Part shown: positions 37,330 to 49,835 of the stretch, in pieces
Layout of the letters: every line of letters starts with the position of its first letter
How positions within the stretch are numbered: the stretch's first letter is position 1
From: Eledone cirrhosa
Lineage: Eukaryota
Length of the DNA stretch: 64,000 nucleotides
NCBI GenBank assembly: GCA_964016885.1
Contig: OZ024758.1
Coordinates: 15,190,001 to 15,254,000, forward strand
Direction of reading: 5' to 3'
Program-made: the position numbers and the translations under genes
The notes under the pieces: model-generated
The model's database searches: none
Seen by the model: only the letters and a program-made list of their open reading frames with translations
Told to the model about the DNA's origin: nothing

Positions 37330-38796
37330 CACTAGATGAGATAGTCTTGATACATTATTCCTTAATATAAGATAAGGCGATCACAGTTTAATCAAGGCTG
37401 TCTCAGTTCACTCAGTACACTCTGTAAATATAATTTGATGGGTGTTTGACGGGAAAGTAAGACGGGATCTTCCAACCTGTCCAGTGTCAAGCTATGATTT
37501 TTTTCAGACAATCCTTCGTAGACGTAGAATTGTCATTAACCCTTTAGCATTTACATTATTCTATATAAACTATTGTATTTTCACAGTAAACACTTTATCT
37601 TACATAATATCCCGTATAATGTTGAATATGAGAGATTTTGATATCATTTATTTTGAGAACAATACCTTAACATAAGTATGAGCAGCTGGTTATGGCTGGT
37701 TTAAATGGGAAAAGGTGAGAGAATTCTGGCCGGATATTGCCGGTTTAAATGTTAAATGGTCAAATATTGATGAATGCATATTTACTTTAGTATTTTATAA
37801 TTTTGCTGATTTTAAAAAAATGGAGGCACATGGCTTAGTGGTTAGAGCATTGGCCTTGCAATCGAAAGGTTGTGAGTTCAATTCTCAGACCGGGTGATGT
37901 GTTGTTTCCTTGAGCAAGACCCTTTATTTCACATTGCTCCAGTTTACTCAGCTGTAGAAATGAGATGATAGGTCTGGGGTCCCTATCATTCCACTGCCAC
38001 GGGGAAAAAAAAGCACCCAGCACTCACTGTAAATGAGGATGGTGTTAGGAAGGGCATCCAGCTGTAGAAATCAAGCCAGAATCAGTTCCCGTCCCACCCT
38101 TGAAAGCAGGGAAATGCGGACGTGAAATGAAATGAAATGAAATGATGGTGATGCTGATGATGATGGAATGATTGACAAGATCCCAGACCTCATTGGACCT
38201 AGGAAACAATGTTTCCATTAGTCTTTCCAATTGCTGATACTGTCTACTGGTCAAAACTCCTGGCAAAAAGAGCAATGTGAAATAAAGCGTCTTGCTGAAA
38301 TACATGACACATTGCTCGGTCTGGGAATTGAACTCACAACCTCACAATTGCAAATCCAATTCGCTAACCTCTAATATTCTTGTTAATCATTCACATATAT
38401 GTAGATGACTATATGTAGAATACTATAATAATTTTCTACTTTTGGCACAAGGCCAGCAATTACCCCAGTGCATTACTGGTGCTTTATTTTATCAAACCCG
38501 TAAGGATGAAAGGCAAAGTTAACCTCAGCGGGATTTGAACTCAGACTGTAGAGGGCCGTAACTATGCGTCAAAGCATGACGTCCGACCCTCTACCGATAC
38601 TGCCAATACTAAAATAATATTGAATAAAGCCTCTTTCCTTCCTTTCATTTACTCACTCTCTCTCTCTACCTACTCTCTGTATCTCTCTTTCTTTCTCTCT
38701 CTCTCTCTCTCCTATAATTTTTCGATATTGATTTCATGAAAATGAATTTGAATTTTAGTCATGCATACACAAGGCAAATTAAAAAGCTATTATTTG

Positions 38797-38842
<46 letters not shown>

Positions 38843-39032
38843 TGCTTGCTTGCTTGCTTTTGTGTCTATTTTTCTATGATTGCATGGGTTAGACGGGTCG
38901 TCCAGGCTGGGAGACAAGTCTGGCCAGAGTTGGCCACACCGTACTTTGCTCCGACAAGGATTGTAAATTTAGCAAGGGATTTTAAAGCTGGATGCCCTTC
39001 CTAACACCAACCATAGTTATAGTGTGGAACTG

Positions 39033-40160
39033 GATGGCACCGTTATGAGACGGGACAGGCATGTTGGCTGCACCAAACCCCTCTCACAGCAGGACCTTAG
39101 TTTAGGAGCCCGGTTCTGGATGGCACTGTTACAAGGAGTGACAGGCTAGTTGGCTGTGCCAAACCCATCTCACAGCGGAACCATAGTTTTGGAGGCCGGT
39201 ACTAGATGGCACTGTTACAAGGAGTGACAGGCTAGTTGGCTGTGCCAAACCCATCTCACAGCGGAACCATAGTTTAGGAGCCTGGTACTAGATGGCACTG
39301 TTACAAGGAGTGACAGGCTAGTTGGCTGTGCCAAACCCATCTCACAGCGGAACCATAGTTTAGGAGCCTGGTACTAGATGGCACTGTTACAAGGAGTGAC
39401 AGGCTAGTTGGCTGTGCCAAACCCATCTCACAGCGGAACCATAGTTTGGGAGCCTGGTACTAGATGGCACTGTTACAAGGAGTGACAGGCTAGTTGGCTG
39501 TGCCAAACCCATCTCACAGCGGAACCATAGTTTTGGAGGCCGGTACTAGATGGCACTGTTACAAGGAGTGACAGGCTAGTTGGCTGTGCCAAACCCATCT
39601 CACAGCGGAACCATAGTTTAGGAGCCTGGTACTAGATGGCACTGTTACAAGGAGTGACAGGCTAGTTGGCTGTGCCAAACCCATCTCACAGCGGAACCAT
39701 AGTTTAGGAGCCTGGTACTAGATGGCACTGTTACAAGGAGTGACAGGCTAGTTGGCTGTGCCAAACCCATCTCACAGCGGAACCATAGTTTGGGAGCCTG
39801 GTACTAGATGGCACTGTTACAAGGAGTGACAGGCTAGTTGGCTGTGCCAAACCCATCTCACAGCGGAACCATAGTTTTGGAGGCCGGTACTAGATGGCAC
39901 TGTTACAAGGAGTGACAGGCTAGTTGGCTGTGCCAAACCCATCTCACAGCGGAACGTTAGTTTTGGAGCCTGGTACTAGATGGCACTGTTACAAGGAGTG
40001 ACAGGCTAGTTGGCTGTGCCAAACCCATCTCACAGCAGAACGTTAGTTTTGGAGCCTGGTACTAGATGGCACTGTTACAAGGAGTGACAGGCTAGTAGCC
40101 TGGTACTGGATGGCACTGTTACAAGGAGTGACAGGCTAGTAGCCTGGTACTGGATGGCAA
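39033..40160. repeat. 86-bp minisatellite, ~13 copies, adjoining an RTE/SINE-type 3' UTR (38870-39030)
   Basis: GATGGCACTGTTACAAGGAGTGACAGGCTAG... at 39119, 39205, 39291, 39377 and onward, with an 86-bp period. Confidence 0.95.
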
Positions 40161-40854
40161 TAAGATTAAAATGAAGTAAATCAAATTCTGCTGTCAATAC
40201 AAACAACTTTCTCCTCCTCAAAAATTACAGGGCTTGTACCTAAATTTAGAAACATATTAGCATGCATAGTCCCATAACTCCTGAGGAAACAGTAGGGGCA
40301 CCATATTGACATACTGCACTTCTAAGGAATTTATCAAACCAGACAGAGCCATCTCCTCTCCAGGTCTGAGTACAGCAGAGTTCTTCCAGAGAAAGATAGT
40401 GTGAGAAAATGGAAGTGAGAGAGAGATATAGAGGAAGAATCGACCTCGGTACTTGACTGGTACTTTTTTTTTATTTTTATTTTTTTTTTTTTTTATTTAA
40501 TCAACCTTGAAGAGATGAAAGGCAAAGTTAATCTCAGCAGGATTTAAACTCAGAAAGCAGGGAGTTAAAATAAATACCACAGCAAAGTATTCTATCCGAC
40601 ATTCTAACGACTCTGCCAATTTGCCACCTAGATATGATATATATTAGAAAAGGGGGGAAAAATAAGTTAGTTCAGGTATATTATGGAATATTTAAATTTT
40701 GGAGAAATTCCAATTTGATATTGTAGCAATGGAAGTAGGGCTTTTTTGAGTCATTTCAGAGGCATGTTTGGAATTAGAAATCAAGAAAAATTGGAAGCTT
40801 TGATGAAGAAATAAAGCCTTAGGGTTAGAAATATGACAGCCATTTTAAGTGCAA

Positions 40855-41575
40855 CATGTGGGTTTGTGTGTTTACATGCATGTGCGTTTGTGTATATGTA
40901 CGTGTGTGTGTATGTACTTGCATGTGTATATGTACGTGTGTGTTTGTGTGTGTACTTAAGTGTTTGTGTCTGTGTGTACTTGTATGAGTTTATATTTGTA
41001 CTTGTTTGTGTGTGTGCATACATACATACATGTTTGTGTGTGCATGCATGTTTGTGTGTATATGCGTGTTTGTGTGTGTACACGTTTGTGCATGTTTGTG
41101 TGTGCATCCATGTTTGTGTGTACATGCCTGTGTTTGTGTGTGTGCATACATACATACATGTTTGTGTGTGCATGCATGTTTGTGTGTATATGCGTGTTTG
41201 TGTGTGTACACGTTTGTGCATGTTTGTGTGTGCATCCATGTTTGTGTGTACATGCGTGTTTTGTGTGTATGCATGCATGCATGTGTGTTTGTGTGTACAT
41301 GCATGTTTGTGTATGCATGTGTGTACATGAGTTTGTGTGTGTGTACATGAATGTTTGTGTGTGTGTACATGAATGTTTGTGTCTATGTACATGCATGTGT
41401 GCGTGTGTACATGTATGTTTGTGTGTTTGTGTGTGTACATGCATGTGTGTGTCTATGTACATGCATGTGTGCGTGTGTACATGTATGTTTGTGTGTGTGT
41501 CTGTGTACATGCATGCGTGTGTCTATGTACATGCATGTATGTTTGTGTATATACCTGCATGTGTGTATGTAGCTA
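40855..41575. repeat. TG/CATG compound microsatellite with an internal duplication of ~120 bp
   Basis: Directly visible. Confidence 0.9.
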
Positions 41576-43745
41576 TGTAATTAGAACCATATGGTGGTGT
41601 CATGCAGGTAGCCGAGCAGATAGCTAAAATGAAACTACAAAATCTTAACTATAATAAAGTAAGGAGTGCGGGACTGCGTCCAGAATATATTTTTTTATCC
41701 CGTTTGTAAAATAAGTTGGATTACTTTGAATAAATAATTGTTTCTATTTTTGGCACAAGGCCAGCAATTATCCCAGTGTATTACTGGTACTTTATTTTAT
41801 CGACCCCGTAAGAATCAAAGGCAAAGTTAACCTCGACGGGATTTGAACTCAGATCATAAAGAGACGTAACTCTATTCGTCAAAGCATGGCGCCCGACCCT
41901 CTACCGATAATGAATGAATATTACATAATTTGTGCTAAATTTCGTGGCTTTTGATAAAATATATTTTATAGCTTATTTAAAGATCTTTAAAATTCAATTC
42001 TTTAAAATTATCAAATGTCAACACTTCGGGTTAGCGGCCGTTATATTATAAGTACCAGTAATGTTATAAGTACCAGTAATGTTATAAGTACCAGTAATGT
42101 ACTGGGTAATTGCTGGCCTTGTGCCTAAAGTAGAAACAGTTATATTATAACACTTATAATCGCATATATTTCCCTCGATAATTTTCTCCTAATGCAGTTT
42201 ATATATAATTGTTTCTACTTTTGGCACAAGGCCAGCAATTACCCAGTGTATTACTGGTACTTTATTTTATCGACCCCCGTAAGGATGAAAGGCAAAGTTA
42301 TAATGTTTTTTTTTTTTTTTAATATCATGGATTACTGATTACAGAAGACAATGTAACATAGGCTTTGTTTAATTTCTGTGTATATTGTCAATTACGATGT
42401 TATTTGATGTATCATATTTGATGTATCATATATTGTATATATATTTGTGTATAATATCAATATACACACTACACATGCTAGCAAGAAACCACGCGTACGG
42501 TGGTTTTTCTGCTAGTGTATTTAATTACTTTACCTACACATGCCCACTTAATAAACTTTACACACACAAACTAATGAGGAAGGTTCTATGTGGTGCAGTT
42601 GAGTTGCTAGAAATAGCATTTAAACCGGCCATAACTGTCCAGAATTCTCTCACCTTATTGTGTTCAAACTGGCTGAAACTGGCCACTCATACTGATATTA
42701 GGGTATTGTTCTGAAAATAAATAATATCATCTCATAGATTCGATATTATTTGAGATAACTGTGAGTTGAAGTGTTTACCATGAAAATACAATAGTATATG
42801 TAGAATAATGGAAATGCTAAAGGTTTAAGTAATATTCTTGTCTTTATAGAAAACACACAACTTCATACCATATATACTCGAATATAAGCCAAGGAATCTG
42901 TACTATACATGCACCTTTGATGAGTTATAGTGCACCTGAGCACTGTCCGCAATAATTTTCATCGGTAGAGGGTCGGACGCCATGCTTTGCAGCAAAGAGT
43001 TACGGCCCTTTATGGTCTGAGTTCAAATCCTGCCGAGGTTAACTTTTCCTTTCATCCTCACGGGGGTCGATAAATTAAAGTACCAGTAATGTACTGGGAT
43101 AATTGCTGGCCTTATGCCAAAAGTATAAATAAAAATATTTTTAAATAAACAGCTTTGCGTTATAGAACTGGTGACATTTTCAGGTGGTTTGGTATTAAGA
43201 GTTAATCATGTCTGTTTCATCAGAGCTAACCTGAAGCTAAACGACAACTCTGCACACACTTTACCATAAACATAGACGAAGCACTGTTTATACATTTAAA
43301 CAACTGCTAACTTTTTAAGCTGAGAAATTCTATATAACCTATTTAATACTCCAGCTGAGAGTGGTCTTCAAATAAAAGAGTTTACATAAAGTCTAGGATT
43401 TTGAACATGAAATATATATTAACTCAACCATATGGTGAATAATCTCTTCTTTATTTATATTAGTCACAGTCTACTAAGATATGATCTTTGTGAAATATTG
43501 TAGTATTAGATTAAAAACATCAATATTTTATGTGTTGCAGTCCTAATGTTGTTTTGTACTTTATCTCAACAGTATAGAAACATTCATAGAAAGGTTCCAT
43601 GTTCCGCTGAGTTAATCCCTTAGATACAGAGTCTGATATTAGATCAGTCAATATGTCAATATGATCAACCCACCGAATGATTGTAAAATAATATGAATAG
43701 GTAAAATAACTTGACTTTGTTATTGTTTTCATTGTTAAATTGATA

Positions 43746-43790
<45 letters not shown>

Positions 43791-44405
43791 TCATTTTAAA
43801 AGGTATCTATATTTGAAGTTCTAGTCAAACTTTAATTAGTTACCTACCTTGCTATGTGTGCCTACATTCTTTACAAATTATTCCCTGTGATTGTTTCATG
43901 TATTTATTTTATATATATATATATATATGTCAATCTATTTCTAGTTGATATCTAATGCTCGGATCTAATCTTTGAGCTTATTCTACGGTGGATATGGCGC
44001 ATGTCTCTCAGACATGACAACCCTTAATTTTAATTTTGGATATATCATCATCATCATTTTACATTCGCTTTTCCCTGCTTGCAAGGGTGGGATGGGAACT
44101 GATTCTGGCTTGATTTCTACAGCTGGATGGCCTTCCTAACACCAACCTCATTTACAGTGAGTGCTGGGTGCTTTTTTGCCGTGGCACCTCCACAACCACT
44201 TTGCAGTGGAATGAATGATAGGGACCCCAGTCCTATCATCTCATTTCTACAGCTGAGTAAACTGGAGCAATGTGAAATAAAGTGTCTTGCTCAAGGAAAC
44301 AACACATCACCCGGTCTGAAAATTGAACTCACAACCTTTCGATTGCAAGGCCAATGCTCTAACCACTAAGCCATGTGCCTATATATATATATATAGATAG
44401 ATATA

Positions 44406-44632
44406 TAGAAGTGGCTACACAACAGTTAGTTCACCATAGCAAGAACAATTGTTTCACCTTAGCGGATCCTCAGCTCGTAATGGACGTATAACCATGTCCA
44501 TTACGAGCTGAGGATCTGCTAAGGTGAAACAATTGTTCTCGATATGGTGAACTAACTGTTGTGTAACCACTTCTACCTAACTCGTCCCATGGACTGAGTG
44601 CTCTACCACTACGGATATTACCTTCCAGTGTT
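44406..44632. mobile_element. Fold-back Penelope-like element with hammerheads on both strands
   Basis: Arms 44406-44486 and 44495-44575, tail to ~44632, between (TA)n and (CT)n/(TA)n. Confidence 0.8.
44504..44541 (+). ncRNA. Minimal type I hammerhead ribozyme (mirror copy at 44440-44477 on the - strand)
   Basis: CGAG-CTGAGGA(44508-14)-TCTgctaaGGT-GAA-ACAATTGT-T-CTCG: stem I CGAG/CTCG, palindromic stem III, GUU triplet. Confidence 0.8.
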
Positions 44633-44659
44633 CTCTCTCTCTTTCTGTCTTTCTCTCTT

Positions 44660-44692
<33 letters not shown>

Positions 44693-44751
44693 TTTTCTCT
44701 CTCTCTCTCTCTCTTTTTCTCTCTCTCTCTTTTTCTCTCTCTCTCTCTCTC

Positions 44752-44806
<55 letters not shown>

Positions 44807-45599
44807 CAAATTTTAAGCTGGCCCCCTCCAATTTTATGTTTTTCATTTTCATAGCTAATTTATAAGTGAATAGAAATATTAGCTGCCTGCTATTGAGACC
44901 AGGCAACAGTTTTGGCTATCACCGTTTAGCGTCCATTTTTCTATGCTTGCATATCTGTGGCCTAAAACACTGTTATGATGCCTGACACTTACCATAGTTA
45001 ATACAGCTTAAATGATGGATTGGGTTTTTATATAAAATGTTGTGGTTCACCAGTCTAGTGGCTTCTTGTTCTAATGTTTGTCGTGTGATGTGTCTAAGGC
45101 CAGGCTGAAAGATTTTAGTCCAACAGTAATCTGATGTTGACAAAGATTTAAGGACATTATTGATGGATGGTGTTTGTCCATAAATGTATGTATATAAAGT
45201 ATAGTGTGTGTGTGTGTGTGTGTGTACTATATGTATATATAGTATTATGTTAGGATTCTCAATTTTTAGAGACATAGGACATTTTAGCTATGATATATTA
45301 TGGGAAGGAATGGGGGGAAAGTTTGATGTTTATGGACTTGGTGTCTGACGCTCTACCTATACTACCATGCTTTGCGGCATAGAATTACGGCCCTTCTGAG
45401 TTCAAATCCCGCCAAGGTTAGTTTTGCCTATCATCCTTATGAAATCAATAAAATAAAGTACCAGTAATGCACTGGGATTGATTTAATTGATTTCCCCCTT
45501 TCCCCAAAATTGCTGGCCTTGTGCCTAAATCAGAAACCATTATTGATAGATGGTATTTGTCTATAGATGTATGTATTATATACTATATCTATCTATTTA

Positions 45600-45850
45600 T
45601 CTATCTAGGGCAGGTAAAATTCCTGAGATCCATGGACGAGTTCTCTCCAGAGGTCTCTGTCCCTCATTATCGCTGCCATGTGTCTCCAACAGACCAGTGT
45701 CTGTCCTTAGGGCATCAACATATGTTAACCTTGGTCTTCTTCTTCCAGTGTGTCCATGCAGGGGCTCCCACAGCAGCAATGGGTGCAGTGTAAACTCTGG
45801 ATGTCGGTGAGCATGTCCAGCTAACCTCAGTCTTCTGTGTCACTTTGAGT
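45600..45850 (-). mobile_element. RTE-clade LINE C-terminal remnant
   Basis: RRLRLAGHAHRHPE..LLLWEPLHGHTGRRRPRLTYVDALRTDTG. Confidence 0.85.
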
Positions 45851-45934
45851 GTAGGGTCCCATTTCTGGGTTAAAGGCACCAGTTAAGGTATTGTCAGCCA
45901 TTGAAAAGAAATATATACTATATATATATATAAC

Positions 45935-46322
45935 AAAATAAAGATCCGAAGGCATGGTATAAATTTAAACAACTGTTGAAGGCATGGTATAAATTTCCAA
46001 TCATTTTAATCATGACACATGTTTCAATAAGGGATAGATCGATCGTGTGGTCATGATCTCTGATCTCTGGAATTGGAGATATACAAAAGCGTGGAGAACT
46101 GAGATAAGTGATAATCAATCATGACCACACGATCGATCTATCTCTTATTGAAACATGTCGTGATTAAAATGATTGGAAATTTATACCATGCCTTCGGATC
46201 TTTATTTTTTTATACAAATACTCCGTTTTACATCATCTAGCTGTTCTCTTAAATGGAATTGGAGAACTTAATATTGCTAACAAAAGTTTATTGGACCGTA
46301 TGACACAACCAATAATACACCT
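45935..46322. mobile_element. Fold-back element with degenerate hammerhead
   Basis: Arms ~45935-46057 and 46118-46209; CTGAGA(46099)-long stem II-GAAACATGTC (46150-59); tail shares ACTCCGT and TT(G)GACC(G/A)TA with the 12.2-kb tail. Confidence 0.6.
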
Positions 46323-46472
46323 GTAGTAGTAGTAGTAGTGGTAGTAGTAATTATAAGTTGAGCCAACTTATGCAGCTTCATATGCAAATGAGATTAATCA
46401 CCTCATTTACACAGACGAGAAAAGTATATATTCTCAGCTGTCTTCTAGTCCGAGCAGTCGCAAGTGGCGGGA

Positions 46473-46525
46473 GGGACCGTCCTGACGAAGGCCAGTTAAG
46501 CCTGAAATGCATAGACGGTTGTCCC
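46473..46525 (+). ncRNA. Compact type I hammerhead ribozyme (retrozyme/PLE-like)
   Basis: ACCGTC-CTGACGA(46482-88)-AGGC-cagttaa-GCCT-GAA-ATGCAT-A-GACGGT; 6-bp stem I extendable to GGGA/TCCC with a bulge; AUA triplet, predicted cleavage after 46513. Confidence 0.88.
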
Positions 46526-46632
46526 CCTTGCTTCTGCTGGACATCACCAGAGGGCGTTAGCCCCCCTGGTGTTTGCCTAGCTACGGATTCCTAAAACTGT
46601 ATTTCTTTGGAGATTCAAAATATGTATATATG

Positions 46633-46669
<37 letters not shown>

Positions 46670-47244
46670 GTATATATATGTTAGGATTCTCAATTTTTAC
46701 AGACACAGGACCTGATATATTATGGGAGAGAAGGAATGGCGGTAAGCTTGGTATTTATACTCTCTTCAAGGTCTTAGTAAAACTGCTCTAATTGATGTGT
46801 TTGCTCAAGAATCTACTAGTGTACCATGGCAACTGTTCAAGTGAGATGCGGTGAATTAACTCCAGGGGAAATATATGTATGAAGGCTGAGGGAGTTAGCA
46901 AGACTATCCATTGTAACAGTTGTTTAAATATCAACAGATTTCTTCTGAATTGAAGCTTTACACCATTGAATTCTTTCACTGTTAAAGACATCGCATTCTA
47001 GACATTCTAAGCAGTTCAAAATAATCAGACATCATCATCATCGTCATCATCATCATCATCATCATTGCCATTATCATCATTGTCACCACCGTTACCATCA
47101 GCATCACCACCATCAGCATCACCACCATCAGCATCACCACCATCAGCATCACCACCATCAGCATTGCCACCATCACGGCCGTTGCCATCACGACCGTTGC
47201 CATTTACATTACTCTATATATACTATTGTATTTTTACAATAAAG

Positions 47245-47480
47245 GCTTTACTTCACATATTTACTTCACATATTTACTTCACATATTTACTTCACATATT
47301 TACCTCACATATTTACTTCACATATTTACTTCACATATTTACTTCACATATTTACTTCACATATTTACTTCACATATTTACCTCACATATTTACCTCACA
47401 TATTTACCTCACATATTTACTTCACATATTTACCTCACATATTTACCTCACATATTTACCTCACATATTTACCTCACATA
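47245..47480. repeat. 13-bp tandem expansion inside a piggyBac-type MITE
   Basis: (CACATATTTAC[T/C]T) x ~17 grown from the MITE motif TTTACCTCACATA; MITE sequence resumes at ~47480. Confidence 0.9.
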
Positions 47481-48568
47481 ATATCGAATCTACACGATTT
47501 TGATGTTATTTATTTTGAAAACAATATCTTAACATCAGTATGAGTGGCCAGTTATGGCTGGTTTAAACAGAAAGAGATGAGAGAATTCTGGCTGGATATG
47601 GCCGGTTTAAATGCTAAAGGGTTAACTCTTTAGCATTCACATTATTCTATATAAAAAAAATAAAAATAACACAGTCCACGCTGTAATGTGGCCGTGTAGG
47701 TAACACGGTAAAAAGTTCCCAGTTCCACACTGTAAATGTGGTTGGTGTTAGGAAGGGCATCCAGCCGTAGAAAGCCTGCCAGATAGTCCTATATGAGCGA
47801 GACACGGTCACCCGACCAACCTTGCCTCAAGAGGCACAACTCCTGTCTAACCCATGCTAGCGTGGAAGATGGACGTTAAACGATGATGATGATGATGCTA
47901 TTGTATTTTCGCAGTATAAAGTCTTTATCTTATATAATCATTTCACATAATATCGAATCTGAGATTTTCATATTATTTATTTTCAGAACAATACTTAAAC
48001 ATCAGTATGAGTGGTAAGTTAGGGCTGGTTTGAACAGAAAGAGGTGAGAGAATTCTGGCTGGATATGGTTGGTTTAAATGCTAAAGGGTTAAGGGAGTTT
48101 GGGACAGGAGGGGTAATAAGGGTGCATGTAGCTTTATTTCTATCAGAAAACCTTCAACATCCATCAATACTGTTTGTATTCTATATTAGGGGTTTCTTGC
48201 CTTTCCCCTTATGCTGGCCTCCTTGTTTTCCTTTTTCCTTTTTTCATTTATTCCTTTCTAGTGTGTGTTTCTAGTGATTAATGAATGTCAGGTGTATTTA
48301 ATTAGAGTTAAATATATTCATGCCGTAAACATGTAAAATTTATGGATCCAAGATACGAGAGAAAATGTTTAAATGTTCACATCTTAGCTTTGGTTTGTTT
48401 GTTTTTTTTGTGTTTTTTTGTTCTTTGTTTCCATTGGGTTATATTTTATTTATTTTTCTTTTTTTCTTTATTATTTTTATTATTTATTTTGTTGGCTCAC
48501 ACCTAAAACTTCATACTACACATTGAAATAGTAATTATTTTAAAAGGATAGACATTCGCAGCAATAAT

Positions 48569-49508
48569 GTGGTGGTGGTGATGGTGTTTGTAGCGGTGGT
48601 GTTTGTAGTGGTGGTGGTGTTTGTAGTGGTGGTGGTGTTTGTGGTGATGGTGGTGGTGTTTGTGGTGGTGGTGTTTGTAGTGGTGGTGGTGTTTGTAGTG
48701 GTGGTGGTGTTTGTGGTGATGGTGGTGGTGTTTGTGGTGGTGGTGTTTGTAGTGGTGGTGGTGTTTGTAGTGGTGGAGGTGTTTGTAGTGGTGGTGGTGT
48801 TTGTAGTGGTTGTGGTGATGGTGGTGTTTGTAGTGGTGGTGGTGGTGGTGGTGTTTGTAGTGGTGGTGTTTGAAGTGGTGATGGTGGTGGTGTTTGTAGT
48901 GGTGGTGGTGTTTGTGGTGATGGTGGTGGTGTTTGTGGTGGTGGTGTTTGTAGTGGTGGTGGTGTTTGTAGTGGTGGAGGTGTTTGTAGTGGTGGTGGTG
49001 TTTGTAGTGGTGGAGGTGTTTGTAGTGGTGGTGGTGTTTGTAGTGGTTGTGGTGATGGTGGTGTTTGTAGTGGTGGTGGTGGTGGTGGTGTTTGTAGTGG
49101 TGGTGTTTGAAGTGGTGATGGTGGTGGTGTTTGTGGTGATGGTGGTGGTGTTTGTGGTGGTGGTGTTTGTAGTGGTGGTGGTGGTGGTGGTGGTGTTTGT
49201 AGTGGTGGTGGTGGTGGTGGTGGTGGTGTTTGTAGTGGTGGTGGTGTTTGTAGTGGTGGTGGTGTTTGTAGTGGTGGTGGTGTTTGTAGTGGTTGTGGTG
49301 ATGGTGGTGTTTGTAGTGGTGGTGGTGGTGGTGTTTGTAGTGGTGGTGTTTGAAGTGGTGATGGTGGTGGTGTTTGTGGTGATGGTGTTTGTAGTGGTGG
49401 TGGTGGTGGTGGTGTTTGTAGTGGTGGTGGTGTTTGTAGTGGTGGTGGTGGAGGTGGTGTTTGTCGTGCTGGTGTCTGTGATGTGTATGGTGATGTGGAT
49501 GTGGTGGT
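48569..49508. repeat. (GTG)n / GTTTGTAGTGGTGGTG minisatellite
   Basis: Directly visible; open in several frames only because the repeat lacks stop codons. Confidence 0.95.
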
Positions 49509-49835
49509 GAGGAGGAAGGTAATGGCCATTGACTGCGTGGTTACCTGCTTGGTCAGCTGGTTGATTGGTCATAGGTTTAACCTTTTTGGTCTTGAAACAA
49601 GCATTGAGATAGCACCAAGTGTATTTGTTGGCAGCCATTAGCTGCAAAATGGACAGTCAGTTATTGAAACACCTGCTCTCCAATGCCAGCAATAGATCTA
49701 GTTTTCTTTCAGCTGAAACAAGACCTTAAAACTAGATATCCTTGTATCTGATGCAGTACATGTCAAGAATAAGCCAGTTGCTGAGCTTACTAGAAATAGC
49801 AACCAAATCCCTCTCAAATTACTCCCCCTTTTTCA

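Noticed and set aside
39033-40160. CRISPR-like regular array
   Set aside because: Whole 86-bp units are repeated with no unique spacers, there are no cas genes, and the context is eukaryotic
48535-49647. 370-aa Thr-rich mucin-like ORF and overlapping Pro-rich and Val-rich ORFs
   Set aside because: Open on both strands and in several frames only because the (GTG)n repeat lacks stops; no signal peptide or domain
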